DNA of 64,000 nucleotides from an uncultured Alphaproteobacteria bacterium (GTDB lineage: Bacteria > Pseudomonadota > Alphaproteobacteria > Micropepsales > Micropepsaceae), in assembly GCA_963835715.1 (NCBI GenBank), contig CAWIGN010000003.1, positions 258,219 through 322,218 of the forward strand. The letters are read 5' to 3'. Made by a program: the position numbers and the translations under genes. Below are positions 21,957 through 33,384 of the stretch, in pieces. Under the pieces are notes generated by a model. That model worked only from the letters and a program-made list of their open reading frames with translations, did no database searches and was not told where the DNA came from. Every line of letters starts with the position of its first letter. Positions within the stretch are counted from its first letter, which is position 1.

Positions 21957-22655
21957 TTACATGCGGGTGATGACGTCCACGCCGCCCGGCGCGGCAATAA
22001 GAAGCGTGGTGGCGATGCCGATGAACAAGCCATGCTCGACCACGCCGGGCACGGCCGAAATCGCCGCCGCCAGCGCGGGCGGGTTTCCGATCGCGCCAAA
22101 GGCGATGTCGTAGATCACGTTGCCGCCATCGGTCTTGAATGTGGCGCCACCGCGCTGGCGCAACGCCATGGGGACGTCGGCATAGCCGGCGGTGGCCAGC
22201 GCCGCCCCCAACCGCGCGGCACTGGATTTGTGGCCGAACGCCACCACCTCGACCGGCAAGGGAAATTTGCCCAGCCGCGCCACCAGCTTGGAGGCGTCGG
22301 CGATCACCACCATTTTTTTGGAGGCCGCCGCCACGATCTTTTCGCGCAGCAGCATGCCGCCGCCGCCCTTGATGAGGTTGAGGGCGCGGTCGGCCTCGTC
22401 GGCGCCATCGATGGTCAGGTCCAGCGGTGCGGCATCGTCCAGTTCGGCCAGGGTCAGGCCCAGCTTGCGCGCCAGGGCGGCGGTCTTTTCCGAGGAGGGA
22501 ACGCAAGTGAGACTCTTGGCGCAAGGGTGCGCCGCCAGCAGTTCGACAAAGATTTCGGCGGTCGAGCCGGAGCCCAGCCCCAGCGTCATGCCGTCTGTCA
22601 CATAGTCCAGCGCCTTGGCGGCGACGGCGCGTTTGAGGGCGTTCTGGTCGGTCAT
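21957..22655 (-). CDS. rpiA: Ribose-5-phosphate isomerase A
   Basis: GLGSGST, DGADE, KGGGG, GVVEHGLF. Confidence 0.96.
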   Translation of the reverse strand: MTDQNALKRAVAAKALDYVTDGMTLGLGSGSTAEIFVELLAAHPCAKSLTCVPSSEKTAALARKLGLTLAELDDAAPLDLTIDGADEADRALNLIKGGGGMLLREKIVAAASKKMVVIADASKLVARLGKFPLPVEVVAFGHKSSAARLGAALATAGYADVPMALRQRGGATFKTDGGNVIYDIAFGAIGNPPALAAAISAVPGVVEHGLFIGIATTLLIAAPGGVDVITRM

Positions 22656-22795
22656 GGCGGGACCTTACTCAGAGCTTATCATCCGGCCAAGGCCAGCCGC
22701 GCGGTATTTTGGCCGCCGGGCGGGAGCGAGGAGCGCTGTGGGCGCATAGCCCATGAGCGACCTCGCGACGAACCCAGAGGGCAAAAGACAAGCAG

Positions 22796-24622
<1,827 letters not shown>

Positions 24623-24708
24623 GCTATCAAGACTCCTACGTCTTCCAGTCCCATTGCCGCTCACCCAAGCTCGCGGCGTTCGTCACTTGAAATGGCCACC
24701 GGGCCATT

Positions 24709-26058
24709 TCATCGCTTGCGCGACCGTTCCTCACTCTCCGGTTTCTTCCTGGCGCGGAAGGCTTTCGCCCAGCCGGGTTTTTCGACCTGGGCGCCGCGCG
24801 CGATCGCCAGCGCGTCCGCCGCCACATCCCGGGTGATCACCGAACCTGCCGCGGTGACGGCACCATCGCCGATCCGGACCGGCGCCACCAGAGCGGTATC
24901 CGAGCCGATGAAGGCGCCGGCGCCGATATCGGTCCTGGCCTTGGTGAAGCCGTCATAATTGCAGGTGATGGTGCCGGCCCCGATATTGGCACCCGCTCCC
25001 ACCCGGGCGTCGCCCAGATAGGTGAGGTGATTGGCCTTGGCGCCCTTTTCGATCACCGTATTCTTTATTTCCACGAAATTGCCGATATGGGCGTCTTCGC
25101 CGATCACCGCTCCCGGGCGCAGGCGGGCGAAAGGCCCGACGACCGCGCCGCCGGCAACGCTGGCGCCCTCCAGGTGCGAATGGCTGCGCAGCCGCGCGCC
25201 GCTGCGCACCGTCACGCCGGGACCGAACACCACGAAGGGTTCGATCTCCACGTCCTTCTCGATCACCGTGTCATGGCAGAGAAATACCGTCTGCGGCGCG
25301 GTCATGGTCACGCCGTCCTGGAGCAGCCGGGCGCGGGCCCGCGCCTGGAATTTGTCCTCGGCCTGCGCCAGCTCGGCGCGGCTGTTGACTCCCATGACCG
25401 AGACTTCGTCCGTCCGCGCGACGGAACATTCCACGCCGTCCGCGCGCGCCAGCAGCGGCACATCGGTCAGGTAATATTCCTTCTGGGCATTGTCGTTTTT
25501 CAACGCCGCCGCCCAGGAGAAGAATTGCCGTGCATCGGCGGCATAGCAGCCGGCATTGCACAAGGTGACGGCGCGCTCGGCATCGCTGGCATCCTTGGCT
25601 TCGACAATCCGCTCCAGGCATCCATCCGGCTTCAGCAGCACCCGGCCATAGGCGCCCGGATCGGCGGCCTCGAAGGCCAGCAGCGCCAGGCCGGTACGAG
25701 CCTGCGCCTTCAGGCATTCCGCAATCGTGCCGGAGGTGACCAGGGGCATGTCGCCATTGACGACCAAAAGGGTGCCGGAAAAGTCCGCCAGCGCATCGCG
25801 GGCGCTTGCCGCGGCATGGCCGGTGCCCAGCTGCTGATGCTGGATGGCGCATTCGGCGCCCAGCGCGCCGGCGCAGGCGCGAACATCCGCGCCGGCTTCG
25901 GACGTCACCACCACAATGCGGTCCACGCCGGCGCCGCGCAGGGCCGCCACGACATGCCCCAGCAACGAGAGCCCCGCGACCTTGTGCAGGACCTTTGGCA
26001 GGGCCGACTTCATCCGGGTTCCGGCACCCGCGGCAAGGATAATGGCGGCCTTCGGCAT
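24709..26058 (-). CDS. glmU: Bifunctional GlcNAc-1-P uridyltransferase/acetyltransferase
   Basis: LAAGAGTRMKS, EYYLTD, hexapeptide repeats, TCNYDG. Confidence 0.96.
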   Translation of the reverse strand: MPKAAIILAAGAGTRMKSALPKVLHKVAGLSLLGHVVAALRGAGVDRIVVVTSEAGADVRACAGALGAECAIQHQQLGTGHAAASARDALADFSGTLLVVNGDMPLVTSGTIAECLKAQARTGLALLAFEAADPGAYGRVLLKPDGCLERIVEAKDASDAERAVTLCNAGCYAADARQFFSWAAALKNDNAQKEYYLTDVPLLARADGVECSVARTDEVSVMGVNSRAELAQAEDKFQARARARLLQDGVTMTAPQTVFLCHDTVIEKDVEIEPFVVFGPGVTVRSGARLRSHSHLEGASVAGGAVVGPFARLRPGAVIGEDAHIGNFVEIKNTVIEKGAKANHLTYLGDARVGAGANIGAGTITCNYDGFTKARTDIGAGAFIGSDTALVAPVRIGDGAVTAAGSVITRDVAADALAIARGAQVEKPGWAKAFRARKKPESEERSRKR

Positions 26059-26188
26059 TAGCTTCCTCTTTGGTCGCATTTTTCCGGGAAAAATGCTCCG
26101 TGCGTTTCGGTAGTGCCCCGAGAGAAAAAGATGAAGTGACGAATTACGACGGTATATTGCCCCGATTCTAAGGACGATTCCTTAACCC

Positions 26189-26866
26189 ATGCCTGCCCCG
26201 CCAACCCTGATTTTCGACCTGGACGGCACCCTGGCCGACACCGCGCCCGACCTTCTGGGCGCAACCAATGCGGTCCTGGCGGCCCGCGGGCGCCCCCAGC
26301 TGGATCTGGACCATCTGCGCCACATGGTGGGCTTCGGGGCGGTGGCGCTGATCACCCAGGCGATGGAGGCCAGCGGCGCCCCCGTGACGGCGCCCGAGAT
26401 ACCCCCGCTGATCGAGATATTTCTCGCCCATTACCGCAGCCATATCGCCGACGGCACCAGGCTGTTTCCCCAAGTGGCCGAGACATTGGCGGCGCTGAAC
26501 ACACAGGGCGCGCGGCTGGGGGTGCTGACCAACAAGCCGCAGGAGCTGACCGACCTGCTGCTGCCGCGCCTGAACCTGGAGGGCGTGTTCGCGTCCGTCT
26601 ATGGCGCCGGGCGCAAGCCCTATACCAAGCCCGACCCGCGCATTTTTCATGACGTGGTCGCCGACACCGCCCAGACGGGCGGCGGCGCGGCGGTGATGAT
26701 CGGCGACTCCATCACCGATCTCAACACCGCGCGGGCCGCGGGCGCGCCCTGCATCCTGATGTCCTACGGATTCACCCCGGTGCCGGCGGCGGAACTGGGC
26801 GCCGATGCGGTGCTGGATGCCTTCGCGCAGCTGCCGGACGCCTTGCGGGACCTGAAACTGCTCTAG
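26189..26866 (+). CDS. gph: HAD hydrolase, phosphoglycolate phosphatase-like
   Basis: FDLDGTL, TNKP, KPDP, IGDS; divergent from glmU as is usual in alphaproteobacteria. Confidence 0.85.
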   Translation: MPAPPTLIFDLDGTLADTAPDLLGATNAVLAARGRPQLDLDHLRHMVGFGAVALITQAMEASGAPVTAPEIPPLIEIFLAHYRSHIADGTRLFPQVAETLAALNTQGARLGVLTNKPQELTDLLLPRLNLEGVFASVYGAGRKPYTKPDPRIFHDVVADTAQTGGGAAVMIGDSITDLNTARAAGAPCILMSYGFTPVPAAELGADAVLDAFAQLPDALRDLKLL

Positions 26867-27261
26867 ATTTCCCAGACCGCCGCGCTCTTGCCGGCCTTGC
26901 CGACCAGCCGCGACACCCGTTCCAGCAGTGCGTCCGGATTGAAGGGCTTGACCATGTAATCGTCGGCGCCGCCTTCCATCGCCTGCATCACGGTTTCGGC
27001 ACCGCGCTCGCCCGTCAGCATCATGACCGGCACGCCCTCGGTAAGGGGATCGCCCTTGATCTTGGACAGGGCCGACAGCCCGCCGCCGCCCGGCATCTGC
27101 ACGTCCAGGATCACCAAGGCGGGCTTTCTGGTCCGCACCATGGCCAAGACCGCCACGGCGTCACCGGTGGCGACGACCTCATACTGGGCCATGGCCAGAC
27201 GCAGCTTCACCAGGTTGATGATGGTGGGATCGTCATCGGCGATGACGACGCAGCGTTGCAT
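26863..27261 (-). CDS. Single-domain response regulator
   Basis: ADDD, LDVQMPG, MLT, KPF. Confidence 0.9.
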   Translation of the reverse strand: MQRCVVIADDDPTIINLVKLRLAMAQYEVVATGDAVAVLAMVRTRKPALVILDVQMPGGGGLSALSKIKGDPLTEGVPVMMLTGERGAETVMQAMEGGADDYMVKPFNPDALLERVSRLVGKAGKSAAVWEI

Positions 27262-27436
27262 GGAGCGGTCCCTCAAAAAGGCAGGCAGGACCTTGGCCCG
27301 GCCGCACTTAAGATTTCCCTTCCTGAAATTTCAGCGCTTCCAGACAGGTTGTGGGCTTTTAGCCGCACCAACGAAAAGTTGCTGACATTTCAGGGGGAAT
27401 CGGACCCAATCCCCCCGATTTCATTGGGGGTGTTGT

Positions 27437-29032
27437 GTGCCGGCAGCGGAATCCTTCTTTCGCAAAGATCTCCTCGTTCCCGCCCTGCTGGCGTCGCTGG
27501 GCTTTTTCATACTGGGCTATGGCGCCATCCGGCTGACACCGCCCGGCAGTTCCACCGCCATCATCTGGCCGGCGGACGCCTTCGCCCTGTGCCTGATGCT
27601 GCGCTACGCCCGCCTCTGGCGCGAGCGCGCATTGGTTTTGGCGGGGATTTTTATCGCCGATCTGTTCAGCAACGGATTGGGCGGTTCAGGGCCGGCGCTG
27701 ACGCTGGGCTACAGCCTGGTCAACACGCTGGAGCTGGGGCTTTGCCTGGCACTGGTCGGCGAAAGGCGCGTCCTGCGCTTTGCGAATGTCGGCGCGGCGG
27801 CGCTCTTCGGTCTCAAGGTCGGCGCCCTGCCGGCGCTGCTGGGCGGGCTGGGCGCCATGCTGGTGACGCATCTGGGCGGCGTCTCCGACGCATTCGCCGC
27901 CGGACGAAACTGGTTCTTCGCCGACGTACTGGGCTTCTGCATCATCTTTCCCATCGGCATGACGATCTCCTGGCGGCAGATCGGCAAACTGCGGCTGCGC
28001 CAGCGCCTGCCGCTGGCGCTGGGGGTCCTGTTCGCGCTGGTGGCGATCGGCCTGCTGGTCTACTCGCTGCATAATTATGCGCTGCAGTTTCTGATCCTGC
28101 CGGCCGCCCTGGTGGCCACCAGCCAGTTCCGCATGCTGGGCGCGGGTGCCGCCATGATCATCATCGCCGCCATCGTCCTGGCCGAGCCGGTGCCGCCCGT
28201 GATCTTCGATCCGGTGATGCGCATCCAGTATCTGCAACTGTTCCTGGCGGTGTGCAGCATTGTCTGCGTGCGGGCGGCAAGCCTTCTGAACCAGCGCGAC
28301 CTGCACCAGGCCATTATCGAACGGCGCCACCGCCGCGCGGTGCGGGCCTCGCGCTTCAAGAGCCAGCTGCTGGCCCATGTCAGCCACGAAGTGCGAAGCC
28401 CGCTGTCGGCCATCATCGGCTTCAGTTCGATGCTGGAGTCCGGCTCGCTCTCGTCCGAGCGGGCACCGGAATTCGCCGCCGTCATCGCCCATAACGGCGA
28501 ATTGCTGCAACGGCTGCATGACGACCTGCTGGACCTCAGCCGCGCCGAAGCGGGCGCATTGTCCATCCAAGCGGAGCGCGTGGCGGTGGGCAGCACCCTG
28601 AAGACCTGTGTCGGCGCCATTCGCATGGACGCCACCCTGGGCGGCAAGAATGTGCTGATTGAGAATGTGGCGGACGAACTGGCGGTGCAGGCCGATCCGG
28701 TGCGCCTGGCGCAGATTCTCAACAACCTGATCGCCAACGCCTTCAAGTATGGCGACAATTTCTCGCCCATCCGGGTGCGCGCCCGCGCCCTGGAGGACGG
28801 TTTCGGCCGCATCGAAATCGTCAATGTCGGACCCGGCATCCCGCCCGCCGAGCGCCAGGCGGTGTTCCTGCCCTTCCGCCGCTCCGCCGGCGTGGGACGG
28901 CATGTGGCCGGCGCCGGCCTGGGGCTTTCCATCGCCAAGCTGCTGGTCGAGGCGCAGGGCGGCCGGATCGATTTCGACAGCGTTCCCGGGCGCCAGACCC
29001 GCTTCTGGATCGACCTGCCGCTGGCCGCCTGA
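27437..29032 (+). CDS. MASE1-domain sensor histidine kinase
   Basis: N-terminal membrane region (IWPA, W..ADVLG); SHEVRSPL H-box, NLIANAFKY, GAGLGL. Confidence 0.9.
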   Translation: MPAAESFFRKDLLVPALLASLGFFILGYGAIRLTPPGSSTAIIWPADAFALCLMLRYARLWRERALVLAGIFIADLFSNGLGGSGPALTLGYSLVNTLELGLCLALVGERRVLRFANVGAAALFGLKVGALPALLGGLGAMLVTHLGGVSDAFAAGRNWFFADVLGFCIIFPIGMTISWRQIGKLRLRQRLPLALGVLFALVAIGLLVYSLHNYALQFLILPAALVATSQFRMLGAGAAMIIIAAIVLAEPVPPVIFDPVMRIQYLQLFLAVCSIVCVRAASLLNQRDLHQAIIERRHRRAVRASRFKSQLLAHVSHEVRSPLSAIIGFSSMLESGSLSSERAPEFAAVIAHNGELLQRLHDDLLDLSRAEAGALSIQAERVAVGSTLKTCVGAIRMDATLGGKNVLIENVADELAVQADPVRLAQILNNLIANAFKYGDNFSPIRVRARALEDGFGRIEIVNVGPGIPPAERQAVFLPFRRSAGVGRHVAGAGLGLSIAKLLVEAQGGRIDFDSVPGRQTRFWIDLPLAA

Positions 29033-29085
29033 TGGGCGGGCCGCGCCCCGTAGCGCGGCACCGGCAGCGGATCCGGAGCGGCCGA

Positions 29086-29116
29086 CTTGACGGCCCGGAC
29101 CCACGTCCCCTATAGC
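29086..29116 (+). promoter_or_regulatory. Putative sigma70 promoter of tRNA-Val
   Basis: CTTGACG ... CTATAG with 17-18 nt spacing. Confidence 0.6.
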
Positions 29117-29164
29117 CCTGCCCCTCCGCCTGCCAGGCCAAGATACCGGTCCAGGGCACCGGGC

Positions 29165-29239
29165 GGGCGCGTAGCTCAGCGGGAGAGCACTCCCTTCACA
29201 CGGGAGGGGTCCCAGGTTCAATCCCTGGCGCGCCCACCA
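29165..29239 (+). tRNA. tRNA-Val(CAC)
   Basis: Full cloverleaf: GGGCGCG/CGCGCCC acceptor, CTCCC/GGGAG anticodon stem with CAC, TTCAATC T-loop, encoded CCA. Confidence 0.97.
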
Positions 29240-29456
29240 TCAAATCAAAGACCGAGTATTCGAATGGAGCGCACTTGCGGTTCAATGGAACCCCTTGGCA
29301 ATTTTCCCGCAACCGAATTGGGCGAATGGTGTGCGATAATGCACTCCCCCATGCGACCCGATATCCGGGATGCGCGGTAAAAGCAGGACCCCAGACGCAG
29401 CCACAGTCAGCTGGCGGACGACAATCTTCGCCCGTTGCGCGTTGGGCCTCCGGCCT

Positions 29457-29486
29457 AATGTCCGCTTTGCGCCAATAGCGGTCATT
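29457..29486 (+). repeat. 30-bp palindrome copy 1 AATGTCCGCT-TTGCGCCAAT-AGCGGTCATT
   Basis: Read directly; 29/30 identical to copy at 34636. Confidence 0.9.
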
Positions 29487-29512
29487 CACTCGCCCTTGAA
29501 TGCCTCGCACAA

Positions 29513-30415
29513 TCACGCCGTTGCCAGCTTGGCTCTCAGCCGGGGCACCGCGAAATCCAGAAAAGCGCGCAGCTTGAGCGGCAGGGGCCCTTGTCCCGCA
29601 TGCACGAGACTGACAGGCCAGGCTGCAGGCTCGAAGGATTCGAGCGCCAGCGCCAGCGCTCTCCGCCGCAATCCCTCCGCCGCCTGATAGGACAGCACGC
29701 GCGTGATGCCGACACCTGCGATGGCCGCGTCGATGGCGGCCTCTGCCGTATTGACGGCCAGACGCGCATGGACGCGGACTGTTTCGTCCCGCTTTCCGAC
29801 GGGAAATGACCAGGCGTCCACCGGCATCAACTGGTCGAACGTGACGCAATCATGCCCTGCCAGGTCGGATGGCTTTTGGGGAACACCATGGGCGGCGAAA
29901 TAGGCCGGGCTGGCGCAAACCACGCGGCGCACCTCCGCGACCCGGCTGGCGACAAAACTACTGTCCGAAAGCGGGCCCACCCGCACCGCCAGATCAATAT
30001 GGTCGTCCACGATATGGGAAACACGGTCCGACAGGAGCAATCGCACGTCGATGTCGGGATAGGTCTTGAGAAATTCAGTCACCACCGGCAGGACGTGGAT
30101 GCGGCCCAGCGCGACCGGCGCAGAGATCGCCAATTCGCCCCTCGGCGCACTGTATTCGCCACCTGCCGCGCGCTCGGCCTCGGACACCTGTTCCAGGATA
30201 CGCTTGCAGGCTGTGAAATAGGCCTCGCCGGCATCGGTCAGCGCGAGGCGACGGCTGGACCGAATCAGGAGACGCGTGTTCAGATGCGCTTCAAGCTCAG
30301 AGACTTTGCGGCTGATGGTCGCCAACGGCACGCCGATGCGGCGCGCGGCGGCAGACAGGCTGCCCGCTTCGACCGACGCCACCAGCACTTTCATGGAATC
30401 GAGGCGATCCATCAT
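29513..30415 (-). CDS. LysR family regulator (CrgA/DmlR-like)
   Basis: GSLSAAARR..SRKVSELEAHL..RSSRRLALT HTH; DLAVRVG. Confidence 0.93.
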   Translation of the reverse strand: MMDRLDSMKVLVASVEAGSLSAAARRIGVPLATISRKVSELEAHLNTRLLIRSSRRLALTDAGEAYFTACKRILEQVSEAERAAGGEYSAPRGELAISAPVALGRIHVLPVVTEFLKTYPDIDVRLLLSDRVSHIVDDHIDLAVRVGPLSDSSFVASRVAEVRRVVCASPAYFAAHGVPQKPSDLAGHDCVTFDQLMPVDAWSFPVGKRDETVRVHARLAVNTAEAAIDAAIAGVGITRVLSYQAAEGLRRRALALALESFEPAAWPVSLVHAGQGPLPLKLRAFLDFAVPRLRAKLATA

Positions 30416-30525
30416 CCTTCCAAATTATGAGATGATACCTCTACATAATCGCGGATATTCACGAAAAATGGAAGGTGTAGGTTGGACACGCCCGGCCGAT
30501 CGGCCTTCATTTGAAAGGAAATCCA

Positions 30526-31077
30526 ATGTCCCGCCTCGCAATCCCCCCCTCCATCGAAGCCGCCCCCGCCGCGTCGCAGCCGCTCCTCCAGGCCGTCAAG
30601 AAGCAGCTCGGCGTGGTTCCGAACCTGTTTCGCCTGGTCTCCAACAGCGCCGCCGCGCTGGAAGGCTATCTGGGTATTTTCGGCGCGTTGGGCAAAGGCA
30701 AGCTCCCTGCGGCCACCCGCGAGCGCATCGCGCTGGCTATCGCCGAGATCAATGGCTGCGACTATTGCCTGTCGGCCCATACCTACCTGGGCAGGAACCT
30801 TGCCCATCTCGATGATACCGAAATGACCGCCAACCGCAGCGGCGCGTCGAACGATCCCGTCGCCGACGCGGCGGTACGCTTCGCTGCGACGGTCGTGCAC
30901 GCGCGCGGCCGGGTCAGCGATGAGGATCTGCGCGCGGTCAGGGCCGCCGGCTATGACGATGCGCAGATCATCGAGATTGTGCAGCATGTCGCGCTCAATA
31001 TCTGGACCAATTATGTCAACCTGGTCGCGCAGACTGAAATCGATTTCCCCGTCGTCACGGCCCGCGAAGCGGCATGA
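30526..31077 (+). CDS. AhpD/carboxymuconolactone decarboxylase family peroxidase-related protein
   Basis: GVVPNLF, NGCDYCLSAH. Confidence 0.9.
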   Translation: MSRLAIPPSIEAAPAASQPLLQAVKKQLGVVPNLFRLVSNSAAALEGYLGIFGALGKGKLPAATRERIALAIAEINGCDYCLSAHTYLGRNLAHLDDTEMTANRSGASNDPVADAAVRFAATVVHARGRVSDEDLRAVRAAGYDDAQIIEIVQHVALNIWTNYVNLVAQTEIDFPVVTAREAA

Positions 31078-31137
31078 CGGCAGCCCGCGAGCCGGCGGCG
31101 CTCCCGTCGACTCGTATTCCCACAGGATTTTTTTAAC

Positions 31138-31614
31138 ATGGCTCCCGAGACACGTCCGCCACTGCCGCCCTTTGTCCTGGACACTGCGATTCAAAAGGTT
31201 CGTGCCGCCGAAGATGCCTGGAACAGCCGCGACCCGTTCCACATCTCCCGCGCCTATTCGCCCGACAGCCGATGGCGCCATCGCACGGAGTTTCTTCAGG
31301 GCTGGACACAGATCGAGGCGTTCCTGGCGGGAAAATGGGTGCATGAGCATGAATATCGCCTGGTCAAGGAGCTTTGGGGTTTTCGCGAGAACCGGATCGC
31401 CGTGCGATTTGCCTATGAATGGCATGACGACGCCGGACTCTGGTATCGCAGCTATGGCAACGAGAATTGGGAGTTCGATGAATACGGGCTGATGCGTATC
31501 CGTATCGCCAGCGTCAACGATGCCCCCATCAAGGAGCAGGACCGGAAGTTTTACTGGGATGCACCCGGTCCGCGCCCGCCAGATTATCCCGGCCTGACGC
31601 AATTGGGGTTCTAG
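31138..31614 (+). CDS. DUF1348 (NTF2-like) family protein
   Basis: [36 protein letters not shown]. Confidence 0.92.
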   Translation: MAPETRPPLPPFVLDTAIQKVRAAEDAWNSRDPFHISRAYSPDSRWRHRTEFLQGWTQIEAFLAGKWVHEHEYRLVKELWGFRENRIAVRFAYEWHDDAGLWYRSYGNENWEFDEYGLMRIRIASVNDAPIKEQDRKFYWDAPGPRPPDYPGLTQLGF

Positions 31615-31677
31615 ATTGACGGATGTTAAACGGGATCGTGGCTGATTTGGCGACCCGGGCGCACTTGCCATGGACGC

Positions 31678-31753
31678 AATGTTCGCTTTGGGTCAAAAAC
31701 GGTCATTCAGCCCCGATCTCCGCAATGTCCGCTTTGCGCCAGAAGCGGACGTT
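31678..31753 (+). repeat. Tandem palindrome copies 2 (31678-31707) and 3 (31724-31753)
   Basis: AATGTTCGCT-TTGGGTCAAA-AACGGTCATT and AATGTCCGCT-TTGCGCCAGA-AGCGGACGTT. Confidence 0.88.
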
Positions 31754-31921
31754 CGCCGCGTTGCGCTCTGCCCCGACCGAATAGGAGCGGCGCACGCAGT
31801 GAGCCATGCGCGAACCCGCGAGGAGCCCTTCGCAGAACGCCGTCTTTGCGCGGCAGGCGGCAAGAAGCGGCTCGCGGCGTCAGGTGAGGCTCGCGCCGAG
31901 GCGCTCGCCGGCGGCGGCGCC

Positions 31922-32045
31922 GTACCATGACGTCGGCCATGGTCTCGATGACGCCCATGCCGTTGATCGGCCGGGCCACGCGGATCGCCAAGCATTGCCG
32001 GGTGTACTCGTCGATCAGGGTCATCAACCGCAGCTTGCGGCCAAC
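31922..32045 (-). pseudogene. IS3-family transposase (rve core) fragment
   Basis: GRKLRLMTLIDEYTRQCLAIRVAR is a typical IS3 OrfB segment; no flanking transposase sequence. Confidence 0.8.
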
Positions 32046-32139
32046 GCGGGGGCAGCCCACCCCAGCGATGCACCCGCCATCAGCCCCAGAATCCGCCGCG
32101 TTCAACAACTTTCTATGCCTTTCTCCCTCCGAATGCTTG

Positions 32140-32156
32140 TTATTGATATTCAATAA
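32140..32156. promoter_or_regulatory. Operator palindrome TTATTG-N5-CAATAA
   Basis: Perfect inverted repeat in AT-rich region upstream of DUF2975-HTH operon. Confidence 0.6.
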
Positions 32157-32221
32157 ACATATTGCTGTACATCGATATGTGTGTTACCGTTTTTCGAGAA
32201 TTTTCGGCTGGGGGAACCGAA

Positions 32222-32755
32222 ATGCCTGGAACTCATCAACTTTTCACCGTCACCCGTTGGCTGCTCAGGCTGGCGACTTGGCTCAGCTTTGGCCTTATCG
32301 CGATCCTGGCGCTGGCGATCGGCGCGGCGGAGCTGACGGTGCTGGGCCTCATCCACATCCCCATTCCGGCAGAGGTCATTCAGGGAATGGACCTGGGGCA
32401 GGTTCTCACCGCCGCAGGCTTAGCCTTTGCCAGCGGCGCGATCTGCGTCGCGCTGGCGGCTTACATGTTCATCCTGATCACGCGCATAATCGATGCCGCG
32501 GGCGCCGGTGATCCCTTTGTCATCGAGAATGCCGACCGGCTGAACCGTATAGGTTGGCTGCTTTTGGCGATGCAGGCGGTGGGACTGGTCTTCGACGCCG
32601 TCATCAACATGTTCCCCGACAAGATCAAGGATCATGTCAATCTCGGCTTCGATGCCTCGGCCACCGGCATCCTGGCGGCGCTGCTGATCTTTGTGCTGGC
32701 ACAGATCTTCAGGCGGGGCAGTGAGATGCGCGCCGAGTTGGAAGGCACCGTGTGA
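32222..32755 (+). CDS. DUF2975 membrane protein
   Basis: GDPF..NADRL..IGW and IFRRGSEMRAELEGTV C-terminus. Confidence 0.9.
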   Translation: MPGTHQLFTVTRWLLRLATWLSFGLIAILALAIGAAELTVLGLIHIPIPAEVIQGMDLGQVLTAAGLAFASGAICVALAAYMFILITRIIDAAGAGDPFVIENADRLNRIGWLLLAMQAVGLVFDAVINMFPDKIKDHVNLGFDASATGILAALLIFVLAQIFRRGSEMRAELEGTV

Positions 32756-32994
32756 TGGAGATCATCGTCAAGCTGGACGACATGCTCTACGCCCGGCGCA
32801 TGACCCTGACCGAGCTGGCGGGAAAGGTGGACATCACCGTGGCCAACCTGTCGATCCTCAAGACCGGCAAGGCCAAGGCGATCCGCTTTTCCACCCTGGC
32901 CGCAATCTGCGAGGCGCTGGACTGCCAGCCCGGTGACATCTTGACCTTTGAAAACGGGAAGAACCGACGTCCCGCGCTAGTCCAAGCCAAGTAA
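32755..32994 (+). CDS. Cro/CI (HTH_26) transcriptional regulator
   Basis: NLSILKTGKAKAIRFSTL..IC..LDCQPGD; TGATG coupling. Confidence 0.93.
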   Translation: MEIIVKLDDMLYARRMTLTELAGKVDITVANLSILKTGKAKAIRFSTLAAICEALDCQPGDILTFENGKNRRPALVQAK

Positions 32995-33119
32995 ACGGTC
33001 CCATACAACCAAACAATGGAAGATCGGCCGCATATGTTGCACAGAGACACTTTATACTGTCCCGTGGTGCGGCTCTCGCAGCGTCGCCTGCATGGGGCGA
33101 TGATTCTCCTTCAGATGAC

Positions 33120-33320
33120 GTGGCAGCATCTGTCGCCCGTACACCCGCCAAACAGCAAACCTATCCCGCCCCCGGCATGGTGGCCGGCGTGCTCGATACG
33201 CGGGTCCAGCGGATCGCGGCCCAGTGTAGGCCCGACGCAGCCGATGGCCGCGCACTGGATGGCGACATGGTCTTCGATATCGCTTCACTCACGAAGCTCT
33301 TTGCCGTGCTTAAGCATGTG
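33120..33320 (+). pseudogene. Truncated serine hydrolase remnant
   Basis: GMVAGVLD...DGRALDGDMVFDIASLTKLF contains the SxxK motif, then similarity ends. Confidence 0.7.
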
Positions 33321-33384
33321 GCTTGGGTAGCACCATCGCTCATCGATACAATTGGGGATTGTCGGCTCATGGACGAAGGGGCTC

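Noticed and set aside
29240-29456. Integrase or prophage gene next to the tRNA
   Set aside because: No tyrosine/serine recombinase motifs or phage genes are recognisable.
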